Assembly: GCA_965218695.1 (NCBI GenBank)
Contig: OZ244651.1
Span: forward strand, 1,120,001 to 1,184,000
Direction of reading: 5' to 3'
Length of the DNA: 64,000 nt
From: Nitrosopumilus sp.
Lineage (GTDB): Archaea; Thermoproteota; Nitrososphaeria; Nitrososphaerales; Nitrosopumilaceae
Part shown: one piece after another, positions 9,543 through 18,128 of the stretch
How the letters are laid out: the number at the start of each line of letters is the position of its first letter
Position numbering within the stretch: the stretch's first letter is position 1
The notes under the pieces: model-generated
Database searches by the model: none
Told to the model about the DNA's origin: nothing
The model's input: only the letters and a program-made list of their open reading frames with translations
Program-made: the position numbers and the translations under genes

Positions 9543-10777
9543 GGCGTTGTCCACCTTTTGATAATCCTGCTCTATTTCACACTATTTTTGGTTCATTTTG
9601 GCATCCCAAACCTGGACTCTGAAGGGGTTTCTGGTGTCGGCAGGCTTGCGGTTGGTCGTTTTTGAGCCGTTTTCATCTAGTGGTGCATGGCATCCGCTGG
9701 AACCGGAAACCGGCATTCTGCCCCTACCGGGACCCCTATGCTATCAGGTTGTAGCAGATGCTTCGCAGGATTATCTGGAGTCTCTGCATGGGAAACGTCT
9801 TTGCGGCCACGACGGAACCGAACCTCTCCTTCATGGATGAGAACACGGACTCGACAAGACTGCGCTGGTGGTACACCTTCTCGAACCCTTCCCGATCCCG
9901 CCTGAACCAGCGGAGCATCTCTGCCCTGGGATTGAAGCCCTTTGCGGTGTGGTTCTTGCGGGGCCAGATCACCGGTTTTCTGCCGCTGTCGTAGATCATC
10001 TTGCAGTTTGCGTGCGCGTCATACGCCGAATCCAGCATGACGTGCCCGTCGCCGTCTGGCGTGCGGGCAAACATCTTCCGGAATATCGGCGAGTCGTGGG
10101 CAAGTCCGGGCGTCACCATGCATGCGGCGATCCTTCCGTGCGGGGCTACCAGTATGTGCAGCTTGACGAACTGACGCCTGGGTATGATGCCCTTCTTGGC
10201 ATCCTCCCAGTCGGCGTAGATGTTGATGGAAAATCCGCTTGCGTCCCCAAGGAGCGGACCGTGAGCGTCACTCCCTGCCTGTCCCAGGATCACTTCCATC
10301 AGAATCTTCTGCTTTTCTGCCAGCCTCTTGGCTGCCGCATGCAGGCACGATTTGGACGGAACGGCTTTTAAGCCGCAGACGTGCAGTGAACCTGGGTTTG
10401 CCTCGAGGTACGAGACGTGTTCCCGGTACGAGTTGCCGCGAAACTCCTTGTCCATGAGGCAGATCAAGTAGGAGATCATGCGCCGGTCCTTGTCGGACTT
10501 GGGCTTGCAGATCTCGTACAGGATGGTGGTAAGGGCGAGGATTCCGATTGACACTCGTTTCTCCTCCCCACTCCTTCGCATCTCGTATTTTTTGCTGTAG
10601 CCTTTCGGGCGCACCCATTTCTTCTTGTCTTCCTTGTCTCTGTTCTTTGCTTTCCTCTTTTTTCTATTGGAATTCATTAATTGTGGGCAGGATCGGTGAT
10701 CCAAAACTTTTCGGATGTCTGACGCTAATGATCTTTAAGCGTAACGCTGCTTTTTTGAGGAAGATGTGGACAACGCC
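9543..10777 (-). mobile_element. IS5-family element C (1235 bp)
   Basis: 12-bp TIR GGCGTTGTCCAC; 10-bp TSD TAGTCCGTCC (9533-9542, 10778-10787). Confidence 0.9.
9736..10704 (-). CDS. IS5-family DDE transposase (about 320 aa), related to that of element A
   Basis: GDASGF, KLHILV, LDSAYD, YHQRSLVESVFSSMKERFG motifs. Confidence 0.9.
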   Translation of the reverse strand: MDHRSCPQLMNSNRKKRKAKNRDKEDKKKWVRPKGYSKKYEMRRSGEEKRVSIGILALTTILYEICKPKSDKDRRMISYLICLMDKEFRGNSYREHVSYLEANPGSLHVCGLKAVPSKSCLHAAAKRLAEKQKILMEVILGQAGSDAHGPLLGDASGFSINIYADWEDAKKGIIPRRQFVKLHILVAPHGRIAACMVTPGLAHDSPIFRKMFARTPDGDGHVMLDSAYDAHANCKMIYDSGRKPVIWPRKNHTAKGFNPRAEMLRWFRRDREGFEKVYHQRSLVESVFSSMKERFGSVVAAKTFPMQRLQIILRSICYNLIA

Positions 10778-10793
10778 TAGTCCGTCCCATACC

Positions 10794-10801
10794 TTTTTAT
10801 A
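10794..10801 (+). promoter_or_regulatory. Probable TATA box of the nuo operon
   Basis: TTTTTATA about 25 nt upstream of the TTG at 10826. Confidence 0.55.
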
Positions 10802-10825
10802 CAAAAATCAGGGTCAGAAGCTAAA

Positions 10826-11200
10826 TTGGTTGGAGAACTGGCCGGAAACTACAGTACAGTGGTGTTGATGTTTGGATTTGCCGTAGTGGCAATGGCACCT
10901 GCGCTACTAGTGTCCCGGATGCTCTCCCCCAGAAAACGCAGCAACCCTGTAAAGTTTCTGCCCATGGAGTGCGGCCAGGTACCGTCCGGTGCAGGACGAA
11001 CCCATTTTATGATGCAGTATTATCCTTACATCCTCATGTTTGTAGTCTTTGATGTCATGGCAATATTCCTGTATGCGTGGGGCAGCGCACTCTTGGAACT
11101 CCCCAAGAGCGCAACCTTGCCGATGATCGGTTTCCTTGGAATTATGTTTGGAGCCATGGCTTTTGCTCTGTACCAGTCCGGAAGGAGAAGGATATGGTAG
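10826..11200 (+). CDS. nuoA: NADH-quinone oxidoreductase subunit A
   Basis: MECG loop, FVVFDV, three TM helices; first gene of operon; start may be ATG 10868. Confidence 0.93.
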   Translation: MVGELAGNYSTVVLMFGFAVVAMAPALLVSRMLSPRKRSNPVKFLPMECGQVPSGAGRTHFMMQYYPYILMFVVFDVMAIFLYAWGSALLELPKSATLPMIGFLGIMFGAMAFALYQSGRRRIW

Positions 11201-11240
11201 TTTTTTATATTGAACACGGCTATGGGAGTGTGAGGTAAGA

Positions 11241-11765
11241 TTGCTTAAGGATCTAATAACCCCTGAGAACGCAAACGTCTTTGTTGGCAAGCTGGGAGAT
11301 ATTCTGGAAAGGGTCATAGACAAGCCACTGGGCTATGCCATCAACTGGGGCCGTATCTGGTCACTCTGGCCGGTACACATCGAGACTGCTTGCTGTAGCG
11401 TGGAGTTTGGCGCAGCATCAAGTCCAAGGTATGATGTGGAACGGTTTGGGATAATTGAGGCGTTTGGTTCGCTCAGGCAGTGCGATCTGGTAGTAGTTCA
11501 GGGAACCATCACAAGAAAGATGGCACCCCGTCTAAGGCTTGTGTATGATCAAATGCCTGAGCCAAAGTATGTCATTGCCATGGGGGCATGCGCAATTACT
11601 GGCGGACTGTACTTTGACTCGTATAACGTCCTGCCAGGAATCGATGGCGTGATTCCAGTAGATGTCTATGTTCCTGGTTGTCCTCCAAGACCCGAGACTC
11701 TCATCCAGGGATGCATCCTGTTGCAGGAGAAGATCAAGAGGATGAAGGCCAGAAAGTATGTCTAG
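11241..11765 (+). CDS. nuoB: NADH-quinone oxidoreductase subunit B
   Basis: ACCSVE, MGACA, VPGCPPRPE motifs. Confidence 0.97.
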   Translation: MLKDLITPENANVFVGKLGDILERVIDKPLGYAINWGRIWSLWPVHIETACCSVEFGAASSPRYDVERFGIIEAFGSLRQCDLVVVQGTITRKMAPRLRLVYDQMPEPKYVIAMGACAITGGLYFDSYNVLPGIDGVIPVDVYVPGCPPRPETLIQGCILLQEKIKRMKARKYV

Positions 11766-11984
11766 TTTTCAGACCGTCTGTTTTACTCCATAACCTATTC
11801 TGGCATCCTGCAAGGAAGACTGTAGGTACCTGCTATATCCCAGTCTGATTGAGACAAATCATGGATTCTGAATCTACCTGGTATCCCAAAATGGATACTT
11901 CCTGTCCTGTGCAACGTAATCTACATCCGTATACCAACATCTAAAATAAAGGCTAAAATGTATGAAGGCTAGGAGATTTGTGTA

Positions 11985-12854
11985 ATGGGTTCTGATTCTG
12001 AACGATCCGTAGAGACAAAGACTGAAGATACTCCCATGGATGCACCAACCAAGCCCAAACCCAAACCTGCACCCAAGCCCACACCAAAAGCCGGTGCTGA
12101 AAAGACAGAAACTAAACCAGAACCAGCACCAACCAAACCCACTCCAAAAGCAAGTACTGTAAAGCCAGCAGCCAAGCCTGCAGCAGCCAAGCCCGCACCG
12201 CCTGCCAGACCTGCAGCAGCCAAGCCTGCACCGCCTGCCAGACCTGCAGCAGCCAAGCCTGCAGCAGCCAAGCCCGCACCGCCTGCCAGACCTGGAACAG
12301 CCAGACCCAGACCGCCTGCCAGACCTGGAGCAAAGAAGCCCGTACCCAAGGCGGCCCCGCCTCCGGTATTTGAAACCGGCATATCTGCCAAACTGGTAGA
12401 AAAGTTCGGGGAGAAGGTCAGTGTCACGTTTGTACGCAAGGACAGGGTCGGAATACGTGCCGGTAAGGACGACGTTCATCAGGTTGCTGAGTTTATTCGT
12501 GACGAATTAAACTACGATCATGTAGAGTCAGTCTCAGGAGTGGACTATCCTCAGGACAAAGAGATTGAGGTTGTTTATCATCTGGGATCTTACACTGACC
12601 CCGAACTGGAAAGGCAGATTCTTGAACTGTCCACCAGGGCGCAGAGGGAGGAGGATCCCATACCTGGCAATGATGCCACGAGGATTCCAAGCCTCCGGGA
12701 TGTATTTTACAGTGTAGAGTTTCATGAAAGAGAGGTGTTTGAGATGTTTGGCGTCTATTTTGAGGGTCATCCTGATAACAGAAGATTGCTGCTGCCTGAG
12801 GACTGGGCGGACCTGCCTCCGCTCCGAAAGGACTTTGCGATAAAGGGGAGATAG
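11985..12854 (+). CDS. nuoC: NADH-quinone oxidoreductase subunit C with long Pro/Ala/Lys-rich N-terminal extension
   Basis: EREVFEMFGVYFEGHPDNRRLLLPEDW...PLRKDF C-terminal signature. Confidence 0.95.
   Translation: MGSDSERSVETKTEDTPMDAPTKPKPKPAPKPTPKAGAEKTETKPEPAPTKPTPKASTVKPAAKPAAAKPAPPARPAAAKPAPPARPAAAKPAAAKPAPPARPGTARPRPPARPGAKKPVPKAAPPPVFETGISAKLVEKFGEKVSVTFVRKDRVGIRAGKDDVHQVAEFIRDELNYDHVESVSGVDYPQDKEIEVVYHLGSYTDPELERQILELSTRAQREEDPIPGNDATRIPSLRDVFYSVEFHEREVFEMFGVYFEGHPDNRRLLLPEDWADLPPLRKDFAIKGR
12165..12330 (+). repeat. Coding tandem repeat (33-bp unit AKPAPPARPAA with 15-bp AKPAA sub-units) in nuoC
   Basis: Repeated GCAGCAGCCAAGCC(C/T)GCACCGCCTGCCAGACCT. Confidence 0.9.
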
Positions 12855-12858
12855 TGGT

Positions 12859-13992
12859 ATGAGCGTAGAACTTCCACCTGGGCTAGCACTCAAGAAAGTC
12901 GATGAGAGGATAATGACCCTCAACGTCGGGCCTCAACATCCGGGCTCGGGTCACATGAGGATAGTGGTGCAGATAGACGGCGACTACATAGTTGCATGCG
13001 ACCCTGATCCAGGCTACGTGCACCGCGGGGAGGAGAAGATGGCAGAGTACCGCAACTACATCACAAACATTCCGCATCTGGAGAGGCCCGTAATTCATGA
13101 CTCGTGCAACGTCCTGTACCCGTATGTTCTGGGTGCAGAGGAGCTTTTAGGAATCGAGGTTCCAGAGCGCGCAAAATACGTCCGGGTGATAGCGTCCGAA
13201 CTGAACAGGTGCATCTACACCATGTACTGGCTTGCAATATACGGAATCTTCCTTGGACACTCCACCATGTTCATGTGGCCTGCCGGGGATCGTGAATTCC
13301 TGATAGATCTCATGGAGAAGATGACAGGTGCAAGGGTAACCCACGCACACTTTGTTCCAGGAGGCGTGCGAAACGACCTACCCCCAAACTTTGAGGATGT
13401 CTGTCTGCGCCAGGTCAACTACTTTGAAAAGCGCATACGGGAGTACTCTGCAATATTCTATGACAACCCGATCCTGGTATCTAGAACCAGGGATACTGGT
13501 GTGCTGTCTAGGCAGGATGCAATCCGGCTTGGAACCACGGGCTCCGTGCTCCGTGCAAGCGGCGTTGACTACGACCTGAGAAAAAAGGAGCCGTATGACG
13601 TTTATGACGAGCTGGACTTTCAGACCAACGTTATGAAGGAGGGTGATTCGTATGCCCGTTCCAAGGTTCCGTGGCTTGACATGCTGGAGAGCTGCCAGAT
13701 AATCCGTCAGGCGCTGCAAAAGATGCCCAAGTCAGGCTCCGTCCGTGTCAAGCTCAAGCCAAACCCCAAGGGTGTGGTCGGCTCGGTATACAAGCGCGTG
13801 GAGTCAGGCAGGGGCTCCCTGGGCTATTACATCGTCTCTGACGGAAAGCCAGAGCCGTACCGAGTCAAAATGAGCGTCGGCTCGTTTAGGAACCTTATAG
13901 CACTGCCGTACCTTCTCAAGGGAGAAAAGCTTGGCAACATGCCTGCTGTCTATTGGAGTCTCAACTACTGGCCTGTGGAGGCGGATCGATAA
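12859..13992 (+). CDS. nuoD: NADH-quinone oxidoreductase subunit D
   Basis: NVGPQHP, GYVHRGEEK, terminal EADR. Confidence 0.96.
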   Translation: MSVELPPGLALKKVDERIMTLNVGPQHPGSGHMRIVVQIDGDYIVACDPDPGYVHRGEEKMAEYRNYITNIPHLERPVIHDSCNVLYPYVLGAEELLGIEVPERAKYVRVIASELNRCIYTMYWLAIYGIFLGHSTMFMWPAGDREFLIDLMEKMTGARVTHAHFVPGGVRNDLPPNFEDVCLRQVNYFEKRIREYSAIFYDNPILVSRTRDTGVLSRQDAIRLGTTGSVLRASGVDYDLRKKEPYDVYDELDFQTNVMKEGDSYARSKVPWLDMLESCQIIRQALQKMPKSGSVRVKLKPNPKGVVGSVYKRVESGRGSLGYYIVSDGKPEPYRVKMSVGSFRNLIALPYLLKGEKLGNMPAVYWSLNYWPVEADR

Positions 13993-15290
13993 TGTCGGTA
14001 ATAGCACCCAAATTCAAACTCAGTGAGTTCCTAAAGTCGATAATCAGCGATGCATTCTGGGCGCTCTTCCTGATGGTGCTGGTGGGCGTCCCCGCAGTGA
14101 TGATGGTGCTCTTTTACATCGAGTTGCCGGTAATCGATGGCGAACTGCTTACGCCGTTCCTTGCATTCACATGGATAATAGATCCCACACGCACGCTCCC
14201 CTTGGTACACGCATTCATGTCCACTGACATGTTCCGGGTAATGGCATTTCCAGGGTTCGGGTTTGCCGCACTGATTGCTGCAGGAACCATATTTGTCGAA
14301 CGCAAGATGCTTGCAAAACTGCAGCTCCGTGTGGGGCCATTCTACTGCGGGAAATTTGAGGGAATACTGCAGCTGATGGGCGACGGACTGAAGCTGATAT
14401 CCAAGGAGATCATAATACCTGCCAAGGCCGACAAGCCGATATTCTGGGCCGCCCCCGTAATCTTTGTAGCCACAGCAGCTGCATTTGTCGCACTGATTCC
14501 TGTCGCACCCGGCTGGGTGGTGGCAGATGTGGACATGGGGCTGATTGCAGTCTTTGCAGTAATTGGATTCTTCCCCATAATCACTGTCCTGTCTGCCTGG
14601 TCGGCAAACAGCAAATTCCCTTTCATCGGAGGCATACGGGCACTCTTCCAGATGGTGTCCTTTGAGATTCCGCTGATCCTCTCGCTTCTGGGCGTGGTGA
14701 TAATCACTGGAACCCTCAACCTCTCAGAGATTGCGGCAAGCCAGTCAATCGTGCCGTGGATAGTGTTCCTGCCGGTAGGGGCAATCGTGTTCTATATCAC
14801 GATGCTTGCAGAGCTGGAGAGAATTCCCTTTGATCTTCCCGAGGCAGAAAGCGAGATTGTAGCCGGGTGGCTTACAGAGTTCTCCGGAATGATGTACGGG
14901 TTGGTGCAGCTTGGAACGTACCTCAAACTGTACGCGTTTGCAGGACTGTTTGTGGTGCTGTTTCTGGGAGGCTGGAACGGGCCCATGGTGGTGCCTCCGT
15001 TCCCTGCAGAGATAATCACCGATGGGATAGAGCTCGGACCGGTATCTGCCCAGATTCCTGGACTGCCACTCTTCACACAGGACATGCTTAACGGAGCATT
15101 CTGGTTTGTCCTCAAGACCGTAGCCCTCATATTCTTCATACTCCTGCCAAGGGGCGTGTTCCCAAGGATCAGAATAGACATGCTGCTGAACTTGGGATGG
15201 ACCAAGCTCATCGGCCTTGCATTTGTCAACATCTTTATTGCACTGGGACTGCTTTACTCTGGAGTCCTAGGACCGGGAGGGTTACAATGA
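13992..15290 (+). CDS. nuoH: NADH-quinone oxidoreductase subunit H
   Basis: ERKMLAKLQLRVGP, ERIPFDLPEAESE, PRIRID; ATG 13992 overlaps the nuoD stop. Confidence 0.95.
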   Translation: MSVIAPKFKLSEFLKSIISDAFWALFLMVLVGVPAVMMVLFYIELPVIDGELLTPFLAFTWIIDPTRTLPLVHAFMSTDMFRVMAFPGFGFAALIAAGTIFVERKMLAKLQLRVGPFYCGKFEGILQLMGDGLKLISKEIIIPAKADKPIFWAAPVIFVATAAAFVALIPVAPGWVVADVDMGLIAVFAVIGFFPIITVLSAWSANSKFPFIGGIRALFQMVSFEIPLILSLLGVVIITGTLNLSEIAASQSIVPWIVFLPVGAIVFYITMLAELERIPFDLPEAESEIVAGWLTEFSGMMYGLVQLGTYLKLYAFAGLFVVLFLGGWNGPMVVPPFPAEIITDGIELGPVSAQIPGLPLFTQDMLNGAFWFVLKTVALIFFILLPRGVFPRIRIDMLLNLGWTKLIGLAFVNIFIALGLLYSGVLGPGGLQ

Positions 15291-15784
15291 ACACTGCAAC
15301 AGGAATTATCAAAGCGCTCAACTCTGGAATCAAGCATCTTGCCGTAAAGCGATTCACGCTCAGGTATCCAGAGGAGAAGCTAAAGTTTGTAGGTGATGGG
15401 TACCAGTATGATCCGTCCACCGGCGTGGGAATTGCAGGACTCAAGGGACGCCACATGCTGTTTCACGACCACTGCACCGGCTGCCAGCTGTGTTCCATTG
15501 CATGCGAAGGGGTTGCAGAGGCAATAGCAATGGTAAAGGTACCCGAAGAGCACAAGCATAACAAAAAGTCCATCATGCCCCAGATAGACTACGGCAAGTG
15601 CGTCTTCTGCGGTCTGTGTGTTGATGCATGCCCGTTTTACGCACTATACATGACAAATGATTACGAGTTGTCCTCATTTTCAAAGGAGGGTCTGATATAC
15701 ACTCCTGCCCAGCTTGCAGTAAAACCGTACGTAGCCCAGGACAGCGAGATTAAGATTACCGACAGGGGCGCTACGCATGGCTGA
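15287..15784 (+). CDS. nuoI: NADH-quinone oxidoreductase subunit I (2x[4Fe-4S])
   Basis: CTGCQLCSIAC and CVFCGLCVDACP. Confidence 0.96.
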   Translation: MNTATGIIKALNSGIKHLAVKRFTLRYPEEKLKFVGDGYQYDPSTGVGIAGLKGRHMLFHDHCTGCQLCSIACEGVAEAIAMVKVPEEHKHNKKSIMPQIDYGKCVFCGLCVDACPFYALYMTNDYELSSFSKEGLIYTPAQLAVKPYVAQDSEIKITDRGATHG

Positions 15785-16289
15785 TGCCGTATTTCTGGCC
15801 CTGGCCGTAATCACGATAGGATCCGCAATTGCCGCCCTTGAACTGCGATCCCTGATATACGGCTCCATTGCCCTGATGGGCACGCTTGGCGGCATAGCCG
15901 GATTCTTCTTTCTTCTGGACTCGCCGTTTGTGGCCCTGTTCCAGATTGCCGTATACGTGGGATCCATTGCAGTGCTGATCCTCTTTACCGTTATGCTTGT
16001 CAAGAGGGAGCTCATATTCAAAAAGATAGAGGACAGCCGGAGAAAGTTTGCCGGAATTGCCCTGATGCTGGTGGTGATGGTGGCGCTGGGTGCTGTATTC
16101 CTGGATTCTGGAATCAAGTCAATAACTACTGATGAGGATCCGGTGGACTTTAGGGACATCGGCACTGACTTTGTAACCTACTACTGGCCTGCCCTGATAG
16201 TGATGGCCCTGATACTAACAGGCTCTGTCACGGGTGCGCTGGTTCTTGCCAAACGGGAGGATGTGGAGAATGGTCAGCGAGCTAGTTGA
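15777..16289 (+). CDS. nuoJ: NADH-quinone oxidoreductase subunit J
   Basis: QIAVYVGSIAVLILF motif; operon order. Confidence 0.93.
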   Translation: MADAVFLALAVITIGSAIAALELRSLIYGSIALMGTLGGIAGFFFLLDSPFVALFQIAVYVGSIAVLILFTVMLVKRELIFKKIEDSRRKFAGIALMLVVMVALGAVFLDSGIKSITTDEDPVDFRDIGTDFVTYYWPALIVMALILTGSVTGALVLAKREDVENGQRAS

Positions 16290-16575
16290 CTTTACACTGG
16301 TATCGGTGGCCCTCCTGGGCATCGGGATATACGGCCTTGCCGTAAAGCGCAACTTCATCAGGATGCTCTTTGCAGTCGAGATTATCATCAATTCTGCCAA
16401 CCTCAATCTCGTGGCCTTTGCAAGGTTCATCCCAGACAGCGGCGGACAGACGCTGGCGCTGTTCTCTATTGCCATTGCAGCTGCAGAAGTTGCAGTGGGC
16501 CTCTCGCTGATAATTGTGGCGTACCGCATGTACCACAACATAGACATTGCAGACTTTAGGAGCCTAAAGGGATAA
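16270..16575 (+). CDS. nuoK: NADH-quinone oxidoreductase subunit K
   Basis: AAAEVAVGL motif. Confidence 0.94.
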   Translation: MVSELVDFTLVSVALLGIGIYGLAVKRNFIRMLFAVEIIINSANLNLVAFARFIPDSGGQTLALFSIAIAAAEVAVGLSLIIVAYRMYHNIDIADFRSLKG

Positions 16576-18125
16576 TGGAGTATGCACTACTACAGGCAGT
16601 CTTCCTGCCGCTACTGTTATCCCCAGTGGCATACGTCATAGGAAAAAAGGCAGGCCCATCCCCTGCCATGTGGTTCACCTTTGCAATCCTGCTGTACGCC
16701 ACGGTTCTCGTGGTTAATGCGGCCCTATCTGGAACAGTCGAGGAGCACTATCCGTGGACCGAACAGTTTGGCGAGTTTGGATTCCTGCTTGACGGCTTGG
16801 CATCGCCCTTTGCAATAATCATATACGTGCTCTCCACGATACTGGTGCTGTACTCCAAGCCCTACATGATTCACAAGTTCCACGAACAGTACGAGGAGGA
16901 GCAGATCAGCGTATCGGCGGGTGGAACGCAGTCCCTTGTGGACTCCCCGTCCATCTCCGAGTACGTCAATGCCAAGTCCGGGCTCTACTTTGCCCTGTAT
17001 CTGGTGTTTGCCATGGGGATGCTCGGGACGGTCCTTTCTACAAACCTCATCGAGTTTTACATCTTCTTTGAGGTGATGCTGATTCCGGGTTTCTTCCTGG
17101 TGGCGCTGTGGGGTGACGGCCCAAGGCGGAAGATCGGCCTCATGTTCCTGTTCTGGACTCATGCAGGCGCCGTCGTGCTGCTTTTGGGCTTTCTGATGAT
17201 CGGCCTTACGATCGGCAGCTTTGACTTTGCAGACATCCAAGAGTCGGAGATCCCGCCTGACATTGTGCTGATATCTGCCGTGGCAATAATGATCGGACTG
17301 GGAGTCAAGCTTGCCGTGTTCATGTTCCACATATGGCTGCCGTACGTCCACGGCTCTGCGCCCACGCCGATCAGCGCGCTGCTTTCGCCTGCCATGATCG
17401 GAATCGGCGCCTACGGAATCTTTCGGCTTATTGTAGAGTTTCTGCCGGCCACGTTTGCCGAGTTATCCATATGGTTCCACATATGGGGCCTTGTCACCAT
17501 GATATACGGCGGCGCCATGGCCCTGATGCAAGACGACCTCAAGCGGCTCCTTGCGTACTCTAGCATCAGCCAGATGGGATACCTGCTGTTTGGAATCGGC
17601 TCCCTGTCTGCGCTGGGACTCGCAGGCGCCGAGATGATGTATGTCACCCACGGAATAGGAAAGGGCATCCTCTTCATGATGGCCGGAGTAATAATAGTCC
17701 GGGTCGGAACCCGCAGCATATCCAAGCTTGGCGGCCTTGCCGGAAAGATGCCAATCACTGCAGTCTGCGCAGTCATCGGGGCAATGACGATAATGGGCGT
17801 GCCGCCTACCAGCGGCTTCATGGGGGAGTGGGTGCTGTTTTATGGCGCCCTTGAGACTGCCATAAATGACGGCTCCACCATACGGGCAGTGACCTTTGGC
17901 CTGGGGCTGGTGGCCACGGTTCTTACAATGTCGTACATGCTGTGGATGCTCAAGCGCGTCTTCTTTGGAAAGACTCCCGAGCACCTTGAGAACGTCAAGG
18001 AGGGAAGCTGGTACATGACTGCGCCCATGATGGTGCTTGCAGGATTTACGATGGTTGTGGGGATCTACCCTGACATCTTTTACCAATCAATCATTCCGTA
18101 CATGAACGGGGTGCTGGGGGTCTAG
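16575..18125 (+). CDS. nuoM: NADH-quinone oxidoreductase subunit M
   Basis: FFEVMLIP, HIWLPYVHGSAP, KRLLAYSSISQMG, SGFMGE. Confidence 0.94.
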   Translation: MEYALLQAVFLPLLLSPVAYVIGKKAGPSPAMWFTFAILLYATVLVVNAALSGTVEEHYPWTEQFGEFGFLLDGLASPFAIIIYVLSTILVLYSKPYMIHKFHEQYEEEQISVSAGGTQSLVDSPSISEYVNAKSGLYFALYLVFAMGMLGTVLSTNLIEFYIFFEVMLIPGFFLVALWGDGPRRKIGLMFLFWTHAGAVVLLLGFLMIGLTIGSFDFADIQESEIPPDIVLISAVAIMIGLGVKLAVFMFHIWLPYVHGSAPTPISALLSPAMIGIGAYGIFRLIVEFLPATFAELSIWFHIWGLVTMIYGGAMALMQDDLKRLLAYSSISQMGYLLFGIGSLSALGLAGAEMMYVTHGIGKGILFMMAGVIIVRVGTRSISKLGGLAGKMPITAVCAVIGAMTIMGVPPTSGFMGEWVLFYGALETAINDGSTIRAVTFGLGLVATVLTMSYMLWMLKRVFFGKTPEHLENVKEGSWYMTAPMMVLAGFTMVVGIYPDIFYQSIIPYMNGVLGV

Positions 18126-18128
18126 GGT

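Noticed and set aside
12165-12330. Repeat array as a CRISPR
   Set aside because: No unique spacers; units are multiples of 3 and in frame within nuoC; no cas genes
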